DNA from: Azolla caroliniana
Lineage: Eukaryota; Plantae; Polypodiophyta
Assembly: GCA_043228905.1 (NCBI GenBank)
Contig: JBHGNT010000005.1
Coordinates: 12,276,001 to 12,340,000, forward strand
Direction of reading: 5' to 3'
Length of the DNA: 64,000 nucleotides
In this document: in pieces, positions 1-11,955 of the stretch
Position numbering within the stretch: position 1 is the first letter of the stretch
Layout of the letters: each line of letters starts with the position of its first letter
The notes under the pieces: generated by a model
Databases searched by the model: none
Seen by the model: only the letters and a program-made list of their open reading frames with translations
Told to the model about the DNA's origin: nothing
Position numbers and translations under genes: made by a program

Positions 1-3000
1 GCATCGAGTGATCCACGTGGAATGTAAATTTTCGGCCGAGCAAATAATGCCGAAAATTCATGATGTTGTAGATCATGCCGAATGCATCCCATTCTGTTCT
101 AGAGTAGTTCTTTTTGGTTGTCAAGAGCCGACGGCTAGCATAGTAGACTAGTCAATACCAGTTCAGAGGCATCTTTTGCATGACGACACTCCCAATGGCC
201 ACGTCTGATGTGTCAATGAAAACATGGAAGGGTTGCGACCAATCCAGTGGTTGCACCACCGGTGCGTGTGAGAGCATTACCTTAAGGGAACGATATGTGT
301 CGTCTTTTGTTGCAATTGAACGAAACGGAACCCGATGTATAGTCGCGTCTAATGGTGTCGCGAACTCAGTCAGGTAACGCAACATTATACTATGCCACCT
401 AATTTGACCCAAAAACCGGCGGAGGGCTTTTGTTGTGGTCGAGGCCGGTGCACTCAGGATGGCATGCACTTTGTTCGGATCCATTGCTATTCTGTCGCAG
501 CTGACAATGTGGCCGAGTAAGGCTCCACTGGACACGTAAAAAGCACACTTGGCTGGGTTTAGGCTTAGCCGACCTTGCTAACATCGCTTTAGACAAAGGC
601 GTAAGTGCTTGAGGTGCTTGTTCTTCCGACCATACACGACAAAGTCATTGAGAAAGAATTGCAAATAGGTCAGAATGTAATCGCTGAAAATGTTGGCGAT
701 AATTCATTGGAAAGTGGTCAGAGCTATCTTTAATCCTAACATCATCACAACTACCACGAGCACGCCCCATTCAGTGACAAATGTTGTTTTCTCTTGGTCA
801 TCGGGGTGCATTTGCATTTGATTATAGCCGCTGAAGCTATAACATTCATGGCTAGCCACCACGTTGAGGACGCGATCTGTGAACAGAAGTGGAAAGGCAT
901 CCGTAACAGTTCCGGTAGTCGACGCAAACTTGGATTTTCCCGTTCTTTTTTGGAACTATGATGATAAGGTTTAACCATGTTGCCCGTTTGACCGGCTGAA
1001 TGAACCCTACTCAGAGGAGTTTGTCGATTTCCTCCTTTTCTTTAGCCGCATAATTGGGATTCATCTAGTAGCGGTGTTGTTGCACGGGTCGTGCATCGCA
1101 CTGGAGGTGAATATGGTGCTGGTACTATTGGGGATCTAGCCCTTTCATGTCATTGTACGACTAGGCTAACACATCTTGGTAATCGCTCAACAACCCAACC
1201 ATGGATAGCCAATTCCCGATCAAGCGCGTCGCGGGCATGTCGTAATTCTTCGATGGACTACGGGTCAGGTTTGTGCGGGTCTTTGTTCTCCTCAGGGGCC
1301 AGCTCGGATACGTATGGTTCAACCATCGTGAGAACATCGATTTCAAACAAAGGAACGATTGTGGGGTGTTCCTCGAGGAAGTGGGGTCCATTTGTTCGTC
1401 CACAAGGCCGTCGAGCATGTGGACTCCTTCAGCATATAACGGGCTAGTATCGGGAGGCGTCGCGATCCGTTCCTCCGTGACGACACAAATCTTGTTTTTT
1501 CCGTGGCGGAAGGAGATCATAATCCACTACCAATGCTGCTTAATGTTGGTCGTGGGCAACCATGGACGACCGAGCAACATTGGGTACACAGCGGGAGCAT
1601 CGAGGCTTAACACCACCGCTGACATGGTGAAAGTGTGGCTTCCAAGGATGAAGTTCAGGTGGAGGATTAATCCCATTGGTCGAATGGAACGGGTGTCCGC
1701 CATTCGGAGCCTAAACGGAAATGGCTCCCATTGGGTGATGCCAAGGTCATGACATGTAGCCTCACTAATGAGTTAACACCCGAACCTCCATTAATAATGC
1801 AACCGTGAACATTGCGGTCTTTGATGATGAGGTTGACCACGGGATTTTGGGAATCCATTAATGGTGGGCCGGTGCCCGGCTTTGCCAGGTGTACCGGCAA
1901 GGTGGTTTGGCTCTTTGCCGGTGGTGAGAGATGCTACCATGTCCTTGAAACATGGAAGCAGTTGCAGTAGCTTATGCAAGGGCATGGAGATTTGGCAGCT
2001 TGTGAGGGCTTGCCACACAAGCTCATCATCATGCGCCCTAATAGGTTGACAGGAAGTCGAGGAACCAATAGTGATATCGTTCATCTTGGTATGCATTCTC
2101 TCGGTATTAGCCAGATTAGCCGTGTCGACCCATTTTTTGGCGGCCTGCTGGACTTTGTCTAGAATTTTCCATTGTGTTTTATCGGCTTTGCTTTAGGTTG
2201 TGACATGCTGAATGTCAGCCATAATGATGTTTACGACAAGTATTTTACCTCGATCATTTTCTAGCCCCTGAGTGGCGTAATGCCCTGGTTGGTTGCAATT
2301 AAAGCACGTTACTAGGGCCGAGCTACTAGATTCCCCTTGCTCGAATTGGGATATTTGATTTTGTGAGGGAGGATCTTCTCTGGCCAGCGAGGATTAAGAA
2401 CCGGGGACCACGATTATAATAGGAAGGCCGCCTATCGTGCCGTTGGTACCTTGGTTCATAGTAGTCTTCTCGGTCGTAATCATAACGATAATAGTTGCCG
2501 TCCGGACGATAGCGGTCATCGTGATATCGGTAGAGATCGTCCTCAGGTCGTGGTTCATTATCTAGGCGGTAGCGCGGCTCCTGAGGTCGGTATTGGTTAT
2601 CTCGGTGATAACGATTCGGGTCGGGTCGGTAGTTGTCGTCCTGGGGATGCTGATCGTCGTACCAAGGCCTCTCGGTGTCCCTATTCTGTGGTGAGGGAGG
2701 ATTATCTTGTTGGGGGCAGTCATGACGTGGCTTGATCTATCGTACATGAGTAGAGGTTGTTTGATTAAGCATATTGTACTCACATTGTTTGACCGTATTC
2801 ACCCGAGAATGACAAATTGGGCAGCGTGGGCAAAGAGGGCAATCCATGGCCGAGTGGCTGGATTACGTGCACGTTGTGCATTGGAGGGCCTGCCGAAACT
2901 GGGTTTCTTCATGGGTCGGCAAGATGTGTTGGAGTGGGCCCATCAAAAAAGAAGTGCAGTTCCCACTTAGGTAGAACTGTAATATAACGTAGAATTGGCG

Positions 3001-3650
3001 GAGCAGTTCCTATAATATAGTGTAGAACTGGCGGAGCAGTTCTCGCTTAAGTATTTTGCAGTGGAAAAGTTCGAGGAATTGAGTGTGAACGTCTTGAAAT
3101 GTCGTAAAGTCCCCAAGGTCACGACGGAAATACCACCAAGCCACGGGTCTATCGAGGGACAACGTGAATTCGATGATTTTGGAGGCATCGACCTCCGTAG
3201 CGGTGAGACGCTGTGTCGAATGGTTGGCTTGCCAAGTAGACACAAAAGAGCGGATTTGAGACTCCGCGTTAGGGCCATCCATATAACGGGGATACAAGTA
3301 AGGCATGGTGTTGAAGTCCAGGTCTTTTAGTAACGCTGGAAAGGGGTTGAACTCGGCTTGGGTAACTTCGGGAGGACTCGGAGGTGCGGCGAGGTAAGAG
3401 CCAATGTGCAATTGTGTGTCATGGGCCGTTACTCGCGAGTGGTGTGACTCTGGGGCTCAAGGGGCTCCGGCGATGATTGTTGTGTGAGCACGGAGTCGAC
3501 AGTTTCCTTGACTAGCTTGGCGTGACTGGAGGGTAGCCGAGAACGTGTGGTGTGATTGGGTTGGTTTCCCGAGAATGTGTGGTGTGATTGGGTTGGTTTC
3601 CAACTACTTGTTCACTGTATTGCACAACATGAACCGGGAGTGCCAAATTA
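1..3650 (-). mobile_element. Decayed Ty3/Gypsy retrotransposon internal region (gag, protease, RT, RNase H remnants), truncated by window start
   Basis: Minus-strand fragments: gag (MPYLYPRYMDGPNAESQIRSFVSTWQANH, 3010-3411), protease-like (IINGGSGVN), RT/RH (GALLGHIVS..LRRFLGQIRWH..FHVFIDTSDVAIG, 152-535). Homologous to the element at 22267-41109. Many stops and frameshifts. PBS-like TTTGGCAC and LTR edge (TGTTG on +) at ~3641-3655. Confidence 0.85.
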
Positions 3651-5123
3651 TGTTGTCTCTGCTCGGAGATAACATCTTCGATTACTTCTAAGGTAATCGG
3701 GTCAAGGGATCATGGTATGTAGTGGTGGACAAGGAACCCAGGATTGCACAGGTAATTGATTTCCAAAAAAACTATCGGCCACAACCGACATGGTAAATTG
3801 TACTTGAAATTAAGATAGCAAATCCAATTAACACCAATAGATGCTTGAACAAATTCGACCCACAAAGATAGATATATTAATAGATTCAGATGCAAAGGTT
3901 ACACGGTTCACGGCTGGAGTTCTTTTCTCATATAGTCAGATAGATAATAGTAATCTCCTCTAGACTAGGGTATCACACTCCCTCCCTGTCTCTCTCTCCC
4001 TTTTCTACTGATTCTACTCCTCGTTTTATAGCTTCCCTTTAAGCTTGGCACACTTCATTCAATCCTTTCTTCTCGTCCTTCAATCTCGGTTGCACGTATT
4101 CCTTTACCTTCCTCATTCTCAGTTTCATTGCCGTCTACGTACTTTACCTACTCGTATCCATAGAACGTAATATTTGTGTTCGTGCAAGCATTCAAATGAT
4201 TGAAAACGTTTGAAAACGAACATGTTTGAAAAGGGAAAAATACGTACTCCTTTTTTTTTTTTTCCTTGTTTTTATCACGAATTCAAGTCATCCTAGTGGT
4301 AACGAGACATGTTGTTGTTGTCTATGTCTTGGGTTCAAGTGCTAAATTTCTCATCTCTCTTGTTAGTACCATAGCAAAATTTTATATTAGTTTTTTCATT
4401 TTTTATTAGAAATGAGCTTAACCTAGTGGTAAGTTGCCATGCTACTATTGCTTGTGTCTTGAGTTAAATTCCCAACTTTCTCATATCCTCTTGTTATTGT
4501 CATGTTACTTTTTTTTTCTTTGTTTGTTATTAGAAATTAGCTCACCCTAATGGTAAATTTTTATTCTACTACTACCTATGTCATGTTTTCTTCATATTCT
4601 CGAATATACGTTTTATGAGTTTTTGATCGTTTCTTTTTTCTTCTTTTTCTTTCTTTCTTTGTTATTAGAAATTAACTCACCCTAGTGATACGTTGTTATG
4701 TTACTATTGCCTATGTCATATTTTCTTCATATTCTCGAATGTATGTTTTATGAGTTTTTGAACATTTGATTATAATTTATAATGACATATTTTGATTCAA
4801 TCTCTATATAGTTCATACTCCTTTTTTTGTAAAGTTCTAAAGTGAGGATGATAAAGATATCTTGATTCTTAAGAAGCATCCCAAAAGTATGCATGTGATA
4901 CATACTTATGTTGGTGGTTCACAATGGATTAGAGTCCACTTATTGGGATTGAGAGTGAATCAATATATAATATAGACCATAGTCAATCCAATCCAACTTT
5001 GAGATGATTTACCATACACGTTTGATTGAATCATTCTCGAATGCGAATGCACGTATGATATGCATGGTTCATTCTATGCTCATATCCTTAGATTCGTTTC
5101 ACAGTGTATCCCTTTTGTCCCAC

Positions 5124-5432
5124 GGATAACAAACGTGATCACTTTCCAATGGGGTAAAACCAAGGTCCGGGTACCCACACAAGAATGCGCCGACACAAGT
5201 AAGCAAATAACGCCATTATACACCAAGAGTATAAACATGTTGGATGGATTGGCGAACGAGGAAGTAGACCAATATTTAGAAGAACATCCCAAAATGATGC
5301 TCCTCTTCGAGGTGGACGTAGCCGAAGCTGTCACACCACATGTTACACACTAGGAAGAGGAATACAATGAGCCGGATCGGGAGGCGATCCGGGAACTCCG
5401 ACATGCCCAAGAAGCGTTGGATAGAGAGATGG
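5124..5432 (+). pseudogene. Gypsy pol fragment (protease-RT linker)
   Basis: NVITFQWGKTKVRVPTQ..PLYTKSINMLDGLANEEVDQYLEEHP matches 25230-25530 of the Gypsy element; it abuts an opposite-strand RT/RH fragment. Confidence 0.8.
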
Positions 5433-6785
5433 CCGTGTTACTTTGATTGCCTTGTATGCCTTATCTTTTGTTGTTGTCCATTTGAATGGAGTATGGTGTA
5501 CTCTGGCGTGCAGGGGGGTGGTGAAATCCGCCAAGTATCGTAACATACGACTGTGTCATCGTATTTGCCCAAGGAAGCGACTGAGAGCTTTTGTGTTACT
5601 AGGAGTTTTTGGTTCCACAATAGCCTTTGTTGGGATCTACCGCAATCCCCTCCTTACTCATGATGTGTCCGAGCAGAGCTCCACTGGTGACCCCGAATGC
5701 GCATTTAGCCGGATTAAGGCTGAGGTGCGCGGTATGGCATCGTTCCAAACATAGCCACAAATGGCTAAAATGTTCTCCTCGCGTCCCATATACCACGAAG
5801 TCATCCAGAAAGACTTGCATAAACACAAGTATAAATTCATCGAAGATTTCCGTGATAGTTCATTGAAACGTGGTGGGGGCCGTCTTCAGGCCGAACATCA
5901 TAACCACCACCACGAATACTCCCCAATCTGTGACGAACGCAATCTTCTCCTGATCGTCTGGGTGCATTCTTACTTGATTGTATCTGCTAAAGCCATCCAA
6001 AAAACTATACATGTCATGGCCTGCGACCGCGTCTAATACGTTATCCGTAAATGGTAAGGGAAACGCATCTGTAATTGTAACGACATTCAATTTATGGTAA
6101 TCGACACACACACATATTTTCCCATTTTTCTTTGGCACCACCACTATCGAACTCAACCATGTGGCCTGTTTTACTAGTCTGATGAACCCCGCTTTCAAGA
6201 TCTTGTCAATTTCTTCCTTTACATGGGCTGCGTAATTTGGGTTCATGCGATAGCATCTCTGCTGCACCGGTTTCACATCCATGGCCAAGTTAATCTTCTG
6301 TTGATAACATTTTGGGTCCAACCCTTCCATGTCTTCATGAGATTATGCGAAGACATCCTTAAATTCCCGGAGCAGCTCCGTCATGGCAGTTTTCTCATTT
6401 GGCATCAGGTCCTTAGCGATTGAGAGTAGCCATGGAACCTCCGTGGTTCCGACATTAATCTCCTCCAATGCGGACGTGGTAACCCTTCACGAGACTTCCA
6501 TTTCTTTCTCGAATGCTTCTCGTGCTCTGCTTATCACCAACATAGACTCAGGATCCGGTTCGTATTCCTCTTCTTGGGGCGTACTTGTTGGGGCATACTC
6601 ACTAGCGGCCTCGAGGACGTCAATTTCGAATAATGGTATTATCAGTGGGTTTCCGTCGAGGTACGCTTCCAGCTCTATATCCTGCAGACCTTCCAACATA
6701 TTAATTTCTTATGCGTATAGAGGCATTATAGCTTTGGTCGGTGTGGATGTTTCCTGCATTGGCACACGGACCTTGCTTCGCCCGC

Positions 6786-8085
6786 TGTCATGAAGATTCC
6801 GGGCCATGGTGAGAAATCGGGGAATATTGGAAGAATCGGCGAGGTGGAGCATGTGCACTCACCCTTGTACAAATTGTGTAAATGATAGGGACGCCATTAT
6901 GGTGCTGGACAATGGTTAATTCGGGACAGAGGATCCCATGTAATAAGGCTTTTATCCCACATTGTTACGCATCCCTCTCCTTGTTCTATAAAAGGAAGGG
7001 AGCGCCCTTTGTAAACGGGTTGCCCATTTTGAGTCATAAGGGTATACCATTTTGGTCGAGGGTCATTTTGTTAAGAATTTCCTAGGGTTAGTAACTTCTT
7101 GGTAGTCTTCTTCTTCTTCTCCTTCTTGAGAAGTGGGGTGCGGCTGCCATGGCAACAAAGCTCTGTTAAGGTTAGGCTCTTCTTCTTCTTCTGGATGTGG
7201 CCCGACCGTGAGGCGGGGGTTGTATCTTCCCCCTTTTACATATATATACTTTGTCTTCTCTTCATCTTGGTGTAGGGGTGCGTTGTCTCTGTTTTCTGTT
7301 AGGGTTTCGGTGTCTTCTATGTGTGTGCGTAGGTGGTGTGTTTGGTTATGGTAGGTGGCGCGCGGGCTGTCTGTGCTTTCCCCGAGTTCTTCCTCGTTGG
7401 CTCTCAGCACTCCGCTGTCCGGCATGTCTGCGAGTGTCTGTGTAGGTGCTGGCTCTTGTCGCTTATTGAGAGCGCGCGCTAGGTGGCTCGTTGGCAGGTC
7501 CCCCTCCTTGGCGCGTAAGACCCCACTCGGATCAGCGAGCCCATGCAGTCCCTGAAGGCAGCTTGGCATAGGAGGCGGTCATTTTCGAAGAGGTGTGCCC
7601 TGCACAAGGGTCCCGTTGCGCGGATGAGCCCGAGAGCTCCCCGACCGGCCCTAGGATGTAGGCTCCCCCTTCCCCTCCATGTGGAACCGACGTCGGAGCG
7701 AGCGTTGCGTGTGTAGGTGTGTGTGCGTCTCCGGTTAGCGTAGGGTCCGAGGGCGGGTGCGTGTGTGGTCGTCGGTGTAGAGCTGCCAGTTGTAACCGAG
7801 TGTGTATATGGGTGTGTGCGTGTGTGCGGGCGCGGTTAACCGGGCCGTGTCCCTTGCCTCTTTTGGGCCCCTTGTACATACAAGTTAAAGGGGTGGCAAG
7901 GACAAGGGTGCGCTCTCTCGCTTCCCCTGTGGTTACCGGTTGCGTCTAGAGAGTATCGAGGATTGAACCGGCCGACAACGTGACAAGCTCCAGAAGATTC
8001 GCGTCCCTGGCAACTCCTCCCCTCCTAGTCCATGACCCTGGTGGTCCCACCCGCATCTGACATGCAGGCATGGATATCCACGACA
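6786..8085 (+). repeat. 5' LTR of LARD-like element
   Basis: Starts TGTCATGAAG, ends CGACA; aligns along its length with 10657-11955 with frequent transitions. Confidence 0.85.
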
Positions 8086-9702
8086 TATTTGGTGAAACTG
8101 ACGTGAAGGGTGGCAAGGGAGGATGGAGTTCGAGGCCGAAGACTTCAAGAAGGAGAGTTGAGAAGCAACACATCAAGATGGGCGAGGTCGAAGAAGTCGA
8201 CCGTTACAACAAGGACGGAGTCCCATGAGTTTCACCAAAGGCTCGACCATCCAACATAAAGAGAAGCAGCTCCGAGCAGCTCTCAGAGCGTGGTCACCCA
8301 CAAGCGAAACAAAGGTGGCGTGCGGACGAGACGGACGTGGTCGAGCCGGAGGCCAAGTGGGGCACGACGGTGCCGGTACGAGAGAGGGTGTGAGACGAGC
8401 CGCCCTCTTTTTACATGGGGAGAACGACCGGTCGTGCGAAGGTCGAGAATTGAGAAGAAGATGATCGAGGGTACGGAACGAGTCCGGCAGGATCGACATC
8501 GGAGCCGAAACTCTGGACATTGGAGAATCAAGCCCAAGTGGGGCTTGATCGATCATAGAGCAGATGCTTTCCACCAACACCACTAAAAGGGTCGGTGGCC
8601 CCGGATGAGTCGTCGGGAGTTGTTAGGAAATCGGTGTCCCCACATCTTGACCGAAGACTCCAGCAGTTTGGCCGACGTGGCAACATGAGACCGAAAGAGA
8701 TGGAAGATGGAGGCGGGAGCACAGCAAGGAGAGCGATGACGAGTTCGAGGGAAGTATAAGGGACGAAGCGAAGAGCGAAGACCAGTCCTAAGGGTCACCT
8801 CACACCGGATCTAGAGACGTTGGCGGTCGGCATCGGATCCGACGTAAGACCAAGATATAACAGTGGCTGCAGGAGAATGGGACCCAGCAATCCAAAGAAT
8901 GACGGACGGACCCGGACGAGAACCGGGCGGAGTAGACTCCCGGATAACCGATCCGGGAGGGAGGAGAGAGCAGGCCTATGGAGAGGCCGGGAACACAGTA
9001 CGTCGATACCACCCTCTCGACTTGTAGAGAAGGACAACTCGGGATAAGGGTCCGATATACAGTGAGCCCAAGGAGGATCCTTCACACCGGTTCTAGAGAC
9101 TCCGGCAGTCGGCCCGAGAGCCGACGTGAGACCTAGAGTGACGAACGGTGATGGCGAGGGGACGAAGGCAAACAGTTGCGGATGGGTGGTCTACGAAGAT
9201 TCTCACACCGATCCGGCGGTCGGCCCGAGTGTCGGCGTGAGTCCTATAGGAGAGATTGGTGGCGGCAGGTGAACATGACTAGCAGAAGAGGTCTAACTAC
9301 GGCGAGAGGAAAATGGCAAGCGGTGCTGCCGTGACCTTACACACACTGGTTCTAGACACTCCGGCAGCCGACAACGAGAGCCAGCGTAAGACCTAGAGAG
9401 AAGAACGGTGGCGGCGGCAAGGCGGGCAACCAAGACGGCAAGGGGGAGGTCCCACGAAGACACTCACACCGATCCGGAGACCCCGGTAGCCGGCTAATGA
9501 GAGTCGGCGTGAGACCTAAAGTGAAGGACGGTAGCGGCAGGAGAACATGATCGGACGATAGAAAGCAGAGCGAAAGGAGGTATGAGGCCGGCGAGGCGGC
9601 CACAAACCAAAATCGGACCCTCCGGTAAGCTCGATGGAAGGAGGAAGAAGAAGGAATGGAAGACCGGTCCTATGGGATCCTCACACCGATCCGAAGACCC
9701 TG

Positions 9703-9729
9703 TTTAGGGTTTAGGGTTTAGGGTTTAGG
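9703..9729 (+). repeat. Interstitial plant-type telomeric repeat (TTTAGGG)3 + TTTAGG
   Basis: Read directly: tttagggtttagggtttagggtttagg. Confidence 0.9.
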
Positions 9730-9868
9730 AGTGGCAACGACTGGCGTGGCGGGCCAAACCCGAAGACCCTCCGGTAAGTCGGAGTGGCAACGACTGGCGT
9801 GGCGGGCCAAACCCGAAGACCCTCCGGTAAGTCGGAGTGGCAACGACTGGCGTGGCTGGCCAAACCCG
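9728..9868 (+). repeat. 53-bp tandem repeat, ~2.6 copies
   Basis: GGAGTGGCAACGACTGGCGTGGC... starts at 9728, 9781 and 9834. Confidence 0.9.
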
Positions 9869-10656
9869 AGATAACAAGCTGATGGGGGCAAGGGAACGAC
9901 GGCAAGCAGAAGGCTCCAAACCGGTGGCAGCAGCGCAAGACCAAAGTGGCCATGTGGGCTACTACGGGGTGTTCCTCGGATGCGGAGGACACCAGTAAGC
10001 GGAGAAGCGGCGATGCACGATCTGGCCGGGTGAGGGCCAACGACACGTGCATAGGACGAAACCGAGGTTCGGCACGGGAGGAGCCGAACACAAGAAGGGG
10101 AATGTGCAGTAGACGGAGGTGCCAGAGCGGGAACACCGGCATGGAGATAGATTGCCGGTTCAGGTGATCTCACATAGAAGGCCAGAGAGGGATCCTCCAC
10201 ACTGGTTCCAAAAACCTTGGCAGTTCGGCAGCCGTGGCAACGTAAGACCAAGGAGAAGATAGGTGGCAGCGAGGGGACGAAGGCGATGGAGATCAGCGCG
10301 GAATGAGAACTAGGACGACGCGAAGGGCAACAGAGGCCAAGCGGGCCATCACGGGTGCTCCTTGAATGGAGGACACCACATAACCAAAGGAACAAGGGTC
10401 ATGCATACGGTCGAAGCAAGGACCAACGGGGAAGCACGCGCACAACGGGATCACGGCGAACGGCCTATTGACGGGTCGAACAAGCCTACGGCGAGGCAAA
10501 CGTGGAGAAGGAACTGGAGCCGACAGTGCGGACCGGCGAGAGAAACGCGGCAACCAGAATACGGATTACGGAAGATCGGTTCCTCACCGGCTGGAATCTC
10601 TCACACATCTCCGAACTTGGCACATACCGGTAGACGTGCGGTTTGGTGGGGGCGGA

Positions 10657-11955
10657 TTTCGTGAAGATTCTGGGCCATGGTGAGAAACCGGGGAATATCG
10701 AAAGAATCCGTGGGGTGGAGCATGCGTACTCACCCTTGTACAAATCGTGTAAATGATAGGTGCGCCATTATGGTGCCAGACAATGGCTAATTTGGGACAG
10801 AGGATCCCATGTAATAAGGGTTTTATCCCACATTGTTACGGATCCCTCTCCTTGTTCTATAAAAGGAAGGGAGCACCCTTTGTAAAAGGGTTTCCCATTT
10901 TGACTCATCAGGGTATACCATTTTGGTCGAGGGTCATTTTGTTAAGAATTTTCTAGGGTTAGTAACTTCTTGGTAGTCTTCTTCTTCTTCTCATTCTTGA
11001 GAAGTGGAGCGCGACAACCATGGCGGCAAAGCTCTGTTAAGGTTAGGCTCTTCTTCTTCTTCTGGATGTGGCCCGGCTCGGAGCCGGGGGTCGTATCTTC
11101 CCCTTTTTACATATATATACTTTGTCTTCTCTTCGTCTTGGTGGAGGGGTGCGTTGTCTCTGTTTTCTGTTAGGGTTTCAGTGTCTTCTATGTGCGTGCG
11201 TAGGTGGTGTGTTTGGTTATGGTAGGTGGCGCGCGGGCTGTCTGTGCTTTCCCCGAGTTCCTGCTTGTTGGCTCTCAGCACTCCGTTGTCCGGCATGTCT
11301 GCGAGTGTCTGTGTAGGTGCTGGCTCTTGTTGCTTATGCAGAGAGTGCGCTAGGAGGCTCGCTGGCAGGTCTCCCTCCTTGGCGCGCAAGAGCCCACTCG
11401 GTTGAGCGAGCCCGTGCGCTCCCTAAAGGCAGCTTGGCATGGGAGGCGGTCATTTTGGAAGAGGTGTGCCCTGCACGAGGGTCCTGTTGCGCGGATGAGC
11501 CCGAGAGCTCCCCGACCAGCCCTAGGATGCAGGCTCCCTCTTCCCCTCCATGTTGAATCGGTGTTTCAGCGAGTGTTGGTGTGTAGGCGTGTGTGCGTCT
11601 CCGGTTAGCGTAGGGTCCGAGGGCGGGTGCGTGTTTGGTCACCGGTGTAGAGGTGCCGGTTGTAACCGGGTTTGTATATGGGTGTGTGCGTGTGTGCGGG
11701 CGCGGTTAACCGGGCCGCATCCCGTGCCTCTTTTGGGCCCTTTGTACATACGGGCGAAAGGGGCGGCAAGGACGAAGGTGCGCTCTCTCGCTTCCCGTGC
11801 GGTTATTAGTCGCGTCTAGAGAGTATCCGGGATCGAACCAGCCGGCAACGCGACAAGCTCCGGAAGATTCGTGTCCCCAGCAATTCCTCCCCTCCTGGTC
11901 CATGACCCTGGTGGTCCCGCCCGGATTCGACATGCAAGCGCGGATATCCGCGACA
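10657..11955 (+). repeat. 3' LTR of LARD-like element
   Basis: Direct repeat of 6786-8085. Confidence 0.85.

Larger units (their letters stand above)
6786..11955 (+). mobile_element. Non-autonomous LTR element (LARD-like): ~1.3-kb LTRs, non-coding 2.6-kb interior
   Basis: Direct repeats 6786-8085 and 10657-11955, both ending CGACA. PBS-like TTTGGTGAAA after the 5' LTR, G-rich tract TGGTGGGGGCGGA before the 3' LTR. No gag/pol motifs seen inside. TSD degenerate. Confidence 0.8.

Noticed and set aside
4270-4760. ~120-bp AT-rich degenerate repeats
   Set aside because: Could not define boundaries, TIRs or TSD; left unassigned.
7063-7569. 168-aa minus-strand ORF repeated at 10991-11389
   Set aside because: Duplicated only because it lies in the LTR; no recognisable domain.
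8800-9870. CRISPR-like repeat/spacer pattern
   Set aside because: Repeats are degenerate and irregularly spaced, the context is eukaryotic and there are no cas genes.
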